Shown here: piece by piece, positions 1 through 12,049 of the stretch
Numbering within the stretch: position 1 is the stretch's first letter
Layout of the letters: every line of letters starts with the position of its first letter
Origin: Strigamia acuminata
Taxonomy: Eukaryota
Direction: 5' to 3'
DNA: 64,000 nt
NCBI GenBank assembly: GCA_949358305.1
Contig: OX442314.1
Coordinates: 17,236,001 to 17,300,000 of the forward strand
Position numbers and translations under genes: made by a program
Notes under the pieces: generated by a model
Database searches by the model: none
What the model was told of the DNA's origin: nothing
What the model saw: only the letters and a program-made list of their open reading frames with translations

Positions 1-3000
1 ATTGGAGAACAGTTGTAATTTATTTTTAAAATAAAAGATTGCTATAAACGCCTTTATCTGATCAAATTCTTCGACACACACATACAAAAAAAATCTTTTT
101 ATTTTTATTTCAATTCATTTATTATTATTATTTTTAAATTGGAAATGAATTTTACAGTGTCGTAAACTTTAATACCATTTGCTACAGTTTTACTTGCATT
201 TTTTGTACATAAATTTTTGTTTTGAAATATACTGGTGTCGTAGCCTTATTGTGCGCCCCCCATTTAACAGCCCCACAAATTTTGCACCCCATTTACCCAT
301 TCCCACCCCTACCCCAGAAATAAACCTTTTCATGGATTTAAATTTCATTTATTGGTTTCAAATTTATTTTATTGTTATTGCTTTTCTTTATTTTTCGTCC
401 ACAGAGATGTGAATTAATTGTGTGCGCTCAGCGATTTAATAAAAGCAAGTTTTTGCAGACTCGCACATTTATTGAGTCAATAAGAAATCTCGCTTTCCAG
501 CAAGCAGCGCCGATGTGGTTCAACTGCATACTAAAATCAAGCCGAAAATGAGCAGTTTCGTATTTCGATCATTGTGCGTGAAGCTGTTGCTAGAGCACGA
601 GCAGTTTTTACTGTTCGGATACGGTACCGAACGAGAGTCAATGGCCTGATGACATCATTTTATTTTGCACATAAAATGCGATTATCTCTTTCAATGATTG
701 GCCGACGTTGGCGACCAATCGACACGTACGAAACAAAAGTAAGATGGCGGATTTTCATTCGATCGGCGCTATCTTCAAACATCGCGCCTCTGTAAAATTA
801 ATCTCAATTTCTTCAAGAAATAATACGTATTCTATTTGCTACAATATTTGCGTAAGGTAAGTCGCACATTGCGCGTCTCCCGCCGCAATCCACAATGCAC
901 GGCGAAGCACATTTCGAGGTTAAAATTTCATTCATTCGCATCCCTCCCCGCTCCGCTCGTGCCTCGCCCATCACGTACAGAAAAATCTTTCCACGTTTGT
1001 ATGTACAATCGTAGCGCACAATGTAGTGCAGTAATCCCAAAACCTCTCTCTTTCCGTAGGTTTATCCATCCGTCGTTGGATACAAAATTGAAATTTGCAT
1101 TTGAACAAATTTGGTGATGTGTGGGCCGACATGTTTTTTGGCGGTGCACATAACTAGGCCTAACTGCAAGGACTAAAAGAGGATTTCGGAAATTCACAGG
1201 TCAGTCTGAGTTGATTTGACCGTTTTATTCCGCCCTAGTCGTGGTGATAATGGTAAAACAGCACAATCCACACGTAAAATTCGTAATCTTATCGCCAAAA
1301 GGACATTTCTCGAGCTTTATTTTCGTATTTTCGTATTTAATCACTTAACGCTTCGGCGATATTTATAAAACGAGACGAAAAAATTGAGCAAAATTGAGAA
1401 AAAAAATTAATTGCGATGAGATTACGATGACGAGGTTTTGCACGAAGCTAAAGATGGTCTCGTTGAAGGGAAGGCGCTTTACATATTTATGTATTTATTT
1501 TTTTTCTAAATTCCCATCACGTGGGAGTGTTCTAAGACAGCCCAGTTTGTGGTTACGTCAAGAAGTTACCACCCTCGAAAGGTTAAATGGATCGCTCCAA
1601 ATTGGGTCTTGTTTGTCTTATTTTTAGCCCGAAGGGTAGCATCTCACATTGGCCATACGCCAATTTCGCAGACCTACGTTTCAAGGGTGGTGGCCATGTG
1701 CAGCGCTTTTGCCTTTTAAGTTATACGTTGGTGGACGGTGACGTAGAGCATAAAAATTCGACCGGATTGAGCAGAGACGTGATTTCTTCTTGAGCTGCCG
1801 GCCCTAGCTGACCGTCGTCATTGACAGCGTTAGACACATTAGGCATGTATATAAGAAAAGAAAGGGAAAAAAAGAAAAAACAAAACCGCAAAGCGTGTCC
1901 TGCAGCGTGTAGCAGCTAGCAGGTTAGTATAGAGGGGGATTTAACTGTGTCTGCTTTGCATCTGTCGTTGTATTTTTAAGTTTTAAGCGAGTGGAGTGGC
2001 TGGTTCGGGGGATACGCCCCGGATCGGAGCGAATTTTGGTGCCATCTTACCGGGCAGCATTAGATTCCTTAGCTGAAATCTCTAATACTGTCAGGTAAAG
2101 ATGTCGGCCGAGTTCACGAGCACCAGTTTGTTGTCTGTATTTTGGCAGGTGGGAGAGAGAGAGAGAGACCGTGCCAAGGACGTTAGGAAAAGGTTGAAAT
2201 GAACGACCCATTTTTGTTTTCATAATTTTAGGCGGTGTCACGAGTTTGGAATTTTTTTTTTCTCTTTTCCTTTTATCCAATTTGGCCCTTGGACTGATGA
2301 CCTTTATACGAGTGATTCATTCTAGACTCCTCCACTGATTGCGATTCAAGTAAAACGATTGTGTTTATTATTATTTGTTTTTTTTTATTCTCTTTTTTTT
2401 TTCTTTTTAAATTTTTTCTTTTCTTTAGGGGTTCCTTTTTCAGCGTTGGCCGAAATGTCAAGGCATTGCGCGGGTGTTGGTCTCGTTATTTACTTATGCA
2501 GCTCATGAAGAAAAGGTTTGATTTATTGTAATTGAAACTTGACACGATGGAATTAAATGAAGCAATGAATGAAGGCCTGGATAAATAACAAGAATTTTTT
2601 GAGAATATGAGATGCCATTCGAGACTTAATATCGGAGAGTGCTTACAAACCGTATATTTATTTTCCTTTTTTTAAGCGGGCTTTAATTATGTGTTTTTCG
2701 AGATTGATTTGGGGTTTGTTGTTGTACGTGGGGGGTTTTTAATTTTCTTATTGGCCCGTGGATCAATGTAAATGGCAGGTGAAGTTCCACCTGCCCAGAT
2801 TGAGGTGTTTGTTTCCGCGTTGGCTGTCAACCAGAATCAATGTTTTTGTTTTGTGTCCAGGCGTTTGTCAATAGGCCTTTTTTGTATCGTCCTTTAGTTA
2901 CGCGTTGGCCACATTTCGTTTTATGCGTTGCTCATTTCCAGTTATGAACCCGATGAGAAAATCCATCTCCATATATGGTTAAAAAGGGTGTGGCTTGTTT

Positions 3001-3104
3001 TTTTTTTAATTTTTTTTGTTGGAACGGGTTTTTTTTCTTCCTCCAACTCACTCATTCTCAAAAAGTTGTGTCTGTGTTTCAGGGGAAATTTTGATTAAAA
3101 ATAA

Positions 3105-5420
3105 ATGGAGAAAGATTCCGATTCAGGCGAGAAGGAAAAGACGGCAAAACGGAAAAGGGCGCGGCCAAACTTTACACCTCGGGGTGGTCAACAAGGTTAC
3201 TCGAAGGATAATAAGACTCCGGTGGCCATGTACCTGATAAGTCGAATTTTGGCCGCCAATTCTCTGGGAAGCTTGAACCCAGCACCTAAAGATAACCGGG
3301 CTTATGTGAATAATGTTTTAGATCAAGTCGGGCATCTAATAGACTCGAGTAGACTCTCGGAGATGAGGAGGCAGATGGTGGTTTGTTGGAATGAGGGCTG
3401 GCATCCGACTTCTCCGGGTAGAATCACCATACGCACGAATAAATCCAAAGTTCCTTTAGCTATGGAGCTGGGCTGGATTAATCCGCGAAATGAACTTCGA
3501 TTAAAGAAAAAACTTTTTCCACCGGAGGAGACGGAATCGTGTAATAGTGAATTGCTCGAAGACGAACTCAAGTGCGATAAACAGATTTTCTTTCTTCACG
3601 GTGCAAATGGATCGCAAATGTAAGTTTGTACCGTAATAGCACGCTTGCTTGCCCTAAAATCGTGAGTCCGACCATGGTGCTGGCGTGCTGGGTAATTCGA
3701 ATTATCTGGCAGTGCCGAAACGAGGAATTCGACTTTTATGGCACGCCGTTAAAAGGGCCGGCCAATGAGATTTTCTGACCGGGTCATACTCGCATTTTAG
3801 GGGGCATGACAGGTAATACGGTAAAACCAAAAGACAAAATTAAACGGACAAGTTTTGTTTTTATTTTAGAATCGAAGAGCATTTGACGAGTAAGGGTTGG
3901 AGCCGTACAACGGACGTGAAAGGGTGTTATAAACTGAAATGGGTGGAAAATAGGTCGCATATCAAATATAAGGCGTTTCGAGAAGGTTTGGATGTTTATT
4001 TTTGGTCGAGTTAATCGCAGCTGAAGCGATAGAGTTTACACGTAGGAGAGCAGATGGTCAATCATATTCCGAGCACCTGGCGACTGAGCAACAAGATCCA
4101 GTTGGTGGGGATTTTGAAGGACTTGGAGACTCATCAGCGACCAGGTTTGCTCAAGATGACCGAAGTGATCCCCGAGACTTATAGACTTAATTTGGTCGAG
4201 GAGCAATTTAAGTTTCGACAAATCTATCGAGGTGGGGGAATTGATTGATACCGATACCGGTAAGAGGGAATTGATCGATAAGTTATTGACCGTAGATGGC
4301 GATGTTTGGATCTGCAAACCTGCAGCTATGAATCAAGGCAGAGGCATTTATCTTATTCGAAGACTTGAAGATTTGTATTACCGTTCCGAGCATTCGCCGC
4401 ACACGCAATCACCCCGTTTGTATCATTTGGCTGGCAACAGGATCGTGCAGAGGTATAGCGGAAATAGAAACGTGGAGAAACATGGGTAAAAGACTCGTTT
4501 TAGGTATATTAAAAACCCACTATTGCTCAACGGCAGAAAGGCGGACATTCGTTGCTTTATGCTGATTGCATCCACCGCGCCATTTCTCATTTTATCACAT
4601 CCGGGGTATGTCCGCTTGTCGTGTAAACAATATGATGTTGAAAGCGAAGAGATGGGAATTCATTTGACCAATCAGGTGATGGTTTGTTTGGTTGTGGAAT
4701 GTGGAATATGGAACGGGGAGTGTTTATTCCATTTGATTTATTCATTTTCGGGTGGTGCATTATAGTTCGTGCAGAAAAAAGATGCCTGCTATTCATTCAT
4801 GAGAGATGACACCATTTGGAGTATAGATCAATTGAATGTGTACATGAATCATTGTGACCTAGAGTCCGATTGGGTTTTCAATGTGATGATTGTAATTGTA
4901 ATAGCTTTAGTATCGATTGCGGAAGTGTAATCAGGTTTTTTTTTCTAGACACAGATACGACGGTTGATGCTGCATTGTTTTCTAGCAGCTAAAAACCATC
5001 TCGAGGTTAAAGTTGGGTTGTTTGAGCTGCTTGGATTTGATTTCGTTATAGATGAAGATTTAAAGGTATAAGTGGGACCGGATGGTCGTTTTTTGTTTAT
5101 CAGTTTATGTTGCTTTTGTACGTTGCTATAGGTGTGGCTCCTCGAGGTAAATGTGAATCCATCGTTATGCACAGATTGTCAAGTACTGCGGGATTTGATT
5201 CCGGATTTGTTACGTGAAACTTTGGGTATACGTTGCAACCTGTCGCGTGTAGTTTGTTTATAATATTGTCTCCGTAGATATTTGTATCGAATGCTTCGAA
5301 AAAAATAAGCGGCGAAAGGCGTTGCTGCCGTTGAAATCCGTCAAGCGGTTCCATGTTCTATATTGTAGCGAACGTAATTATCCCTGGTCGCCGCGCCGTG
5401 TTTCTCGAGTCAGCGCGTGA
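3105..5420 (+). CDS. TTLL10: Tubulin polyglycylase TTLL10-like, 9 coding exons
   Basis: Exons 3105-3619, 3870-3985, 4046-4231, 4296-4452, 4504-4675, 4766-4891, 4949-5065, 5132-5225, 5278-5420 splice in frame with GT-AG introns. The product has FFLHGANG..SKGW..YKLKWVE..FREGEQ (TTLL10-type), the TTL core WICKPAAMNQGRGI, IVQRYIKNPLLLNGRKADIR, HLTNQFVQKK, LLGFDF, WLLEVNVNPSL, and C-terminal ALLPLKSVKRFHVLY. The N-terminal ~160 aa is not recognised, so the start codon is tentative. Confidence 0.85.
3631..3821. mobile_element. 191-bp MITE of Tc1/mariner-pogo (Tc2-like) type in TTLL10 intron 1
   Basis: TA at 3629-3630 and 3822-3823 flank imperfect ~45-bp inverted termini. Left reads CCGTAATAGC..CCCTAAAATCGTGAGTCCGACC; right reverse complement reads CCGTATTACC..CCCTAAAATGCGAGTATGACC. 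Confidence 0.7.
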
Positions 5421-5622
5421 TATTTGGAAATAAATTTCAAACAAATCGGTGTCCTGTGGATTTTTATTTAAGTTCCAAATAGTGGAAGTTAGAAGAAAAT
5501 CCACGTTTTTAAAATTTACATTTTCTTAAATAATAATAATAATAATAATAATAAAGAACGAGACATACACAAAAATAATAAATTTGAAGGGGGTAAGGGA
5601 CCCAGGGTGAAAATGGCGGCGA

Positions 5623-8111
5623 TCACAACTTCCTCGGAGGTGGCGGCGGTGCAAAACTGGGCGGAGGTCCAATGTTGTAACAAATTGCGGTCATTTTCTT
5701 CTCTTGTAATGGGATGTTTTCGTAGATCTGTTTGAGAGATTCTTCAGGTGGCCTGTAACAAAGCGCGCGTTTGAGTGCTGGACAGCACAACCACCAAGCC
5801 ATCGAATCACCTAGGGAGGTGATTATCCGGCGACTTGCACTTTTTCGACTCCCGCGGAACGGCATTCGGCGTCGTCGGAAGGGATAAAGTTGAGCAAGAG
5901 AGTGCTTTGGCAGGGTCTCCTCCACCTACTGCTTCACTCGAGTATTTGATGTTTGTATATTCACGACCCAATTGCAAACTTTTCTACACGCAATAAAGAA
6001 TATTTATTTAAATTAAATTGTCGTTTTTATTTCTACCTGCTGCGCTTGGATGAATTGCGATGTTGTGTCGATGAAATGTTGTACTGCCATGTATACAAAT
6101 TTGTATTGTGCTTCCGTCTGAACCATTCCTGATCGTTGAGCACGAACCATCTGAATAGTACGTTGGATATCTATCTCACAATTGAGTCCTAAGCGTTTGA
6201 TTTGATTGATAATCATGTCGATTACAATAAAAGTCCCAGTTCTTCCAATGCCAGCACTAAACAGTGGGGAAAATTAAGCGATTATTCGTTGTTTAGCGGC
6301 TGTTTTACTCACCTGCAATGAACAACGATAGGACCTGCATTGCTTATTGGTTCTTGACGTGAATTCACTTCGTAAAGAAAATTAAGGACGCAACCGGGGT
6401 CAGATGGAACACCATGATCGGGCCATGCTTGGAAGTGATAATGATAAACATTTCTTTCTTCCTCCTTTAAAATGTTTGTACTTATTACAAAAACGTTTAA
6501 GAAAAATTAAACTAAAGTAACATACTTGACCCAATCTGGAAATGACGAATTTTCGTAGCGTATAATCAGTTGTGGAAGACTCGCACACATTTTTGATGAG
6601 CAGTCTACCGTACTCTTTTGACTGATTTTCATCCGGCCAATATCGAGCACATTTGTTCTTGCCACGTTCTACCTCCTTCGTAGTCATAACCACGACGCTG
6701 GAATTCTCAGTGAACACCATCCACCAGAAGTCGTTCATGGTGTTTACAAGGCATCCTTGAGTTGCTATGTAATACTTACTTGGACCATCGGCTGCGTCTT
6801 CCTCAGGCTGAAGTTGCAAAAGCTAAGTACTTGAAACGAGTGTTTAATTATTTTATTCTTGTTACCGTAATGATATTAGCATTAATATAATCCGAGCAAG
6901 GAATGTTTGGATCTGCTTCCCGAAGAATTACCCGGGTATGATCAACTGGAAAAAAATAATTAATATAATTATTGACAATTAATTTAATTAAAAGTAATAG
7001 CTTACAGGGCAGAATGTTTTTATATCTATTTTTATTTCGGTTTTCCAGCCGCTGACCTTCTTTACGGCTGTACAAATGCTTACATTCTTGTTGTTGGAGC
7101 GCCTTGAAAACGAGCAAATATTAAAACCATTTATTAGCTGACTAAATTTAAATTTAAATTACCTCAAATTCCTCCCAAAATCCTGCTTTGCCACTCGTCA
7201 AGCTGTTCTCTTTGGATAACACTTGAACTCTGCATTGAATAGTCGATGCATTGATCCTCGTTGCATTAAACGGCTGCTTCAAATGCACCACAGTTCCAGT
7301 TGTTTCAACCATTGGATTCTTTTTGTAATGTTCGACCAAATCGCTTAAGGAATCAAATTTGTCGCCGCCACCTACGTCGTATTTTCCATCCTTTAAAAGC
7401 AATAAAACACATAAGCGCTTGGAATAATTAATTTTCTTACATAAGACAACATACTTGGCAACGTATCATAACGTGAGTAACTTTATCATCGGTTCTCACG
7501 GACAGTACGCAATCTCCGGGTTTACTCTGGCTTTCGCGGACTAAAAAACTTCCATTTTTGCCTTTGTCAAGTATTATTCGTTCAGCCTCTTTCCCCGACA
7601 GATGTCCGTGAAACCATCTCTCGGTCGTCGGATCGGCGCAATTGAGGGGATATTTTAATTCAATGACTTCACCATTTTTTTCTCTAAGTTGTCCTTGGTT
7701 TTCCATGTAATACTGCACCAGTTCAGACAGTGTTGCGAATTTTTCTCCTCCGTATAAATCATAAAAGTCACCGGTGTTTTGAATCTTGATGTGAGTTACT
7801 TCGCCACTGCGCCTGTAATTTATATCTATTTTAATTTCAATTAGATAAGAAAGGCGGAGTTGATTACCTCACAGACATAGTAAAATCTCCAGGATTACTT
7901 TTACTGGGTCGGGCAAGGAAACTACCGTCGACGCCTCTCTCGATGAGAACTGTTTCCGCATCGACGCCCGAAATATTTGGGTGAAACCATCTGTAAGAGT
8001 TTAGCGAAATTAGTTTTGATAACCATTGAATCGGTTTGCGATGTCTAAATAGGAGTGGAACATCTGTTCAGAAAAATGGAATTAATTGACAAATTACCTG
8101 CGCGAACCCAT
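5623..8111 (-). CDS. PTPN11: SH2-domain tyrosine phosphatase SHP2/corkscrew
   Basis: Starts [13 protein letters not shown] at 8111. Two SH2 domains (FLARPS, FLVRES); PTP domain with [39 protein letters not shown] and MVQTEAQY; tail with REYTNI and IYENI, ending PPPPPRKL* at 5623. Multi-exon, GT-AG. Confidence 0.96.
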
Positions 8112-8622
8112 TTTACTGGGCTTTACGGTAGTTGTTCTTGCACTCTGGCTTTAGCTTAGTCAACTGTCCATCAATGGCGGCTGTTGGAAACGGGTCAACG
8201 ACGTCAAGTCGTCATGTTTCGTTAAACACCACCGTTATCGGTTTTGCTAACCCATAAATTTTTTCCTTTTTTTATATTGGTGCTGGTTTTTAATTGGTTT
8301 TTATTATAATTGTTAATAATCACTAACATCTGGAAAAGAAATAGCCGTGACCCCGCATCATCGGAGCGGCGCTGGTGCTTTTACGATTTTAAACAAAATT
8401 AATGCATTATTTTTCTCTCGAATCATAATTTATTCGTCCGCATTTAAGCATTAATTGATGTCTAATTTTTGCTATTAGAAAATAATTAAAATTCGTACAT
8501 TGTTTGTTTTTTGGTTTGTATCAACTGTCAGTAGATGTCGCTAACAAATCTTTTACTCGTTCTGCCTCTTCCTTAGCTTCGATTGTTCCTTTATTATCAC
8601 ATTTCAGACTTGCGTTATCATA

Positions 8623-8828
8623 AAAATGAAATCAAAAAATCATCAAAAATTTAAAACATTAATTCAGAAAAGACAATCTGTGAAAAATGAAAACAAAAAA
8701 TCATCAAAAATTCAAAACATTAATTCAAAAAAGACAATCTCTGAAAAATGAAATCAAAAAATTATCAAAAATTCAAAACATTACCTAATTCAAAAAAGAC
8801 AATCTGTGAAAAATGAAATCAAAAAATC
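8623..8828. repeat. AT-rich tandem repeat, ~60-65 bp unit, ~3.3 copies
   Basis: Repeated unit AAAAATGAAATCAAAAAATCATCAAAAATTCAAAACATTAATTCAAAAAAGACAATCTGTG with small indels. Confidence 0.85.
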
Positions 8829-8859
8829 GAAACAATCCAATTTAAATCGCTTTTAATTT

Positions 8860-9700
8860 TTACTTTTCGTACATTGCACAACTCGTTATGCAAGTTGTCA
8901 AGAAAGATCTCTTAAACTTTTTTTCAATTTCCTCTAAAATTTTACTTCAACTAATTCCCTGCTTTTTAGCTGTTCTTGTATAAAAATCCATCCAATGACA
9001 TCATTGTTTGGCCGGCCTATCTTTTAATACTGTTGTTAGGGCAAGACAAGAGACCGGGCCATCAATCATCATTGACGTTATTAAATCTCAATTGATTTTT
9101 ATGCCATCTGGTAAATAAACTTAAAACAGCTAAACTGCAGGTAAGTTTTTTTTGTCCACGACTGTACAACAAAATTCGTCAAAATATTTAAAAAAAAAAA
9201 AGAAAAAATCAACCTAAACCGATCCCAAACTCATAGCAGACTCCAATCTCACTAACAGACGTCCTAAGAAGCTTCTCTTTGTCGTCCTGAATTCTATCCG
9301 TGATATTTTTAAGCTGATGCACCTCATGCTCCAAGTTCTTATTGCGATTAGTCAACTGTTTAACGCAATTCTCAGATATATCGTTCTTTCTTTTATATTC
9401 ACGAATGAAAAATAAATATGATTTTTCGCGGTCGTCGCGGCCATCCCACGAGTTGTAGCGGCCGCTCCGCGTATCGCCGAAGCCGTCCCGCGCCTCACCG
9501 CGGCCATCCCGCGTGTCGCCACGGCCGTGCCGGTTGCCGCCTCAAGAGTTTCGCGTGCTGTCAGTGCCATTCCGCGTGTAGCCGAGGCCGGGACGCATAT
9601 TGCCACTCACATCCCGCGTGTAGCCACGGCTATCCCTCGTGTCGTCTCAAGGGTTTCGCGTATAACGTCGGTCGTGCCGAGTCTCGCCGCTTCCATATCG
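8860..9700 (-). pseudogene. Decayed ORF with a 7-aa R/G/D repeat, coiled-coil and unknown C-terminal part; possibly transposon-derived
   Basis: Minus frame reads RDGRGDT-like repeats, then a heptad-like segment VKQLTNRNKNLEHEVHQLKNITDRIQDDKEKLL. It is stop-free from 9541 to 9214, has a putative GT-AG intron at 9108-9213, and carries five in-frame TGA codons overall. Confidence 0.4.
9439..9690. repeat. GC-rich degenerate 21-bp tandem repeat, ~12 copies
   Basis: Consensus approximately GGCCATCCCGCGTGTCGCCRC. Variant units at ~9542 and ~9647 are 105 bp apart, suggesting a higher-order duplication. Confidence 0.8.
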
Positions 9701-10031
9701 AACCCGCGTGTTGACCCGGCTGGATCGAGTGTTTATATTATCAAGGCCGACCCGAAGAAACAAAAACAAAAATAAAAAAATTTTTTTGAAACATTATGAA
9801 ATACAGACGAAAAATGTTTATTTCAAATTCGCTTCCAGGAAATGACGAAGTGGAAAATAATTGCGAGATAATTTATTATATTAATTATTTGGCAATGCCC
9901 ATTTTCGCGTGAAATATTTCCGCGCATCCCTATTCCACTTATTTGAGATCCCTATTCCACGCGATCCCTATTTTGCTTATTATTTTTTTTTAAATAAATA
10001 TATAAATTTATTCAAATTTGCGCACTACCTA

Positions 10032-10460
10032 CCGTATTACCTCACATTAAGCCGCATGCCGGTATAATTCGAGTTATACCGGCATGCCGATAAACCTCGT
10101 TTTTAACGGCATGCCGGTGTAAGTGAGAACAAATTTTTCTAAATGAGAATTTGGTTAAAACAAGCATAAAATCCTTTTTAGATGTCCAAAATGTAAGAAA
10201 TTACTTAGTATTTCTATAAATTTACCCAGATTTTAATACAAATCTACAGAAAATTAGGAAAACTTCAATTTTAGGCCCAAAAACCAACATAATTATTCAT
10301 CCGGGCCCTTTAAAATAAAAAAAACAAAAAACCCACTTTTTCACTTATACCGGCATGTTTCGGTTTATACCGGCATGCCGGTATAAAATTTTTGTACGCA
10401 ATTTTAAATACCTGGTAAACCCATGCCCAACGGCATGCCGCTTTATGTGAGGTAATACGG
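10032..10460. mobile_element. 429-bp non-autonomous DNA transposon (MITE), Tc1/mariner-pogo Tc2-like
   Basis: 30-bp TIRs with 2 mismatches (CCGTATTACCTCACATTAAGCCGCATGCCG vs reverse complement CCGTATTACCTCACATAAAGCGGCATGCCG). TA duplication at 10030-10031 and 10461-10462, repeated subterminal CGGCATGCCG palindromes, no transposase. Confidence 0.88.
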
Positions 10461-11480
10461 TAATCCGCGCAATAAAAATAAAAATTATTTTATTTCCGCG
10501 CAAGCACAATTCCGCGCAGTTCCTATTTCGCGTGGACATTAAAAATTGATTCCTATTCGCCAAAATTTAATTTTTTGAATTTAATATTTTTATCCCATTT
10601 ATGCGCGATTCCTTATCTGCGCCAATTTATGCAAGGACACACGGTCCCGATTCCCCCACCATTTAAGAGCGTCGAATATCAATTGCACAGTAATAATCGC
10701 ACATTTTTTCCGCTTGTTCGAGGCGCATTTTTTTCTGACAATTCGATTCTTCCACTTCGCAATTTGTTTATTAAATTTGATTATGTTAAAATAGGTTATA
10801 AATACAATACAAGTACAAAACTAGATTTGGCCTATGGCCTGACTTATACACACAAAAAAAAATTAAATCGAAATAAATCCATTAAGCAAGTTTGAAACTT
10901 CTTAATCTTCTTAATGTTCCATAGATTGTTAGCATGTAAAACGTCAGGTAAAACGGAACCGCCTACGACCGTGCGTAAATTACGGCCATTCATCTAATAA
11001 CGATTTTTAAAAAAAGGCTTAAAATACCACGTATTTTTAAATTAACAATTTAAAAACTTATTCTTACGGTGATTCCCAACACGTTGATGCATGTGCTGCT
11101 TAGACATCTGACCTCATGGATTGTATCGACTGGCTCGGGATTTATAAAGTACGCTAAAGTCCGAGTTCTAGGAATTAATTCGCCACAAGTACATCTATAA
11201 TATTTAAAAAATAAATTATTAAGATCGAATTATGATACTTAAATTTCCGACATACCGGTACTGAATGTCTCTTCCAATCGGAATCAAGTCTGTTTGGGAA
11301 GACATGTTGAGCGGTTGATTGATAAGGCAAATGAAAGAAAAGTATAATGAAAGCAAAAAGTAAATTAATGAAACCGGAAATGCATGCAAATATATTTGCA
11401 TGAATTTGAATAGTTGTCGGATCGGCAACTATTAAAAAAACCTCATATAAGCTAATAAGTGGCGCATACACTAACCGCTG

Positions 11481-12049
11481 TCAACTTGCGTATCTACGCT
11501 TTATCGGATCGAACAAGAAATTTACTTCCAAGTCCGTGAACGATTTGAGGCATTGCGGACACTTAAACGACGCTCTGCTCGTCGAATTCCGCTCTTCCGT
11601 CTCGCTTTTCAGTCTCATCAGATCCAATTTGTACTTGACCATGTACACAAAATTCTGCCCAATTAAAAACAACAAAAAAATTTTAAAATTTACTTTTCAA
11701 AATTAATTTGTATACTTTGTAATTTATTAAGTAGTACCGGTAGTTAGTTATGTCTGGTGGCTTTTCCGTCCGGTCCGGTCTCCATTTTTAGCCGAACTTT
11801 GATGAATTGATCCAGCTTTAACTGGACAATAAACTTCCGCAATTGTTTCCCTTCAAACTTGAGAAGATCCACTAAATCATAGTATGTAAAAGACTAAATG
11901 ACTAAATCGTCTTCTTCGATTCATGGATGGCGCACTATGATCATTCTGTATTCGATGCTGTAAAAACCGCGCACTAGCATTCGAGCCAGTCGGTTCAAAT
12001 ACTACGGAACTTCGGTAAAATCATAATCGTAATCAAACAAGAAACTCAT
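11481..12049 (-). pseudogene. GTF2E1: Truncated, unprocessed TFIIE-alpha pseudogene
   Basis: Translates FTEVP*YLNRLARMLVRGFYSIE..HP*IEEDDL..LLKFEGKQLR..LKMETGPDGKATRHN, intron 11655-11715, then [45 protein letters not shown]. Stops at 12002, 11921, 11894 and 11744, with short insertions, a frameshift and no second CxxC. Confidence 0.85.

Noticed and set aside
587..599. RFX X-box upstream of TTLL10 (GTTGCTAGAGCAC)
   Set aside because: Only one good half-site, and it is unclear which gene this promoter serves.
179..3080. Short ORFs at the window start
   Set aside because: No recognisable homology. The region looks like promoter, 5' UTR exons (donors near 857 and 1923) and introns whose gene assignment cannot be fixed from sequence alone.
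3640..3820. Structured RNA or ribozyme in the TTLL10 intron
   Set aside because: The self-complementarity is explained by MITE inverted termini, and no hammerhead core was found.
8860..9700. Selenoprotein or alternative genetic code explanation for the TGA-only stops
   Set aside because: TGAs align with Arg positions in the repeat, TGG is also used, no SECIS was recognised, and CGA>TGA decay is simpler.
9352..9775. ORF-track proteins over the GC-rich repeat (9352-9606, 9418-9714, 9527-9775)
   Set aside because: By-products of the 21-bp repeat; none extends convincingly into unique flanking sequence.
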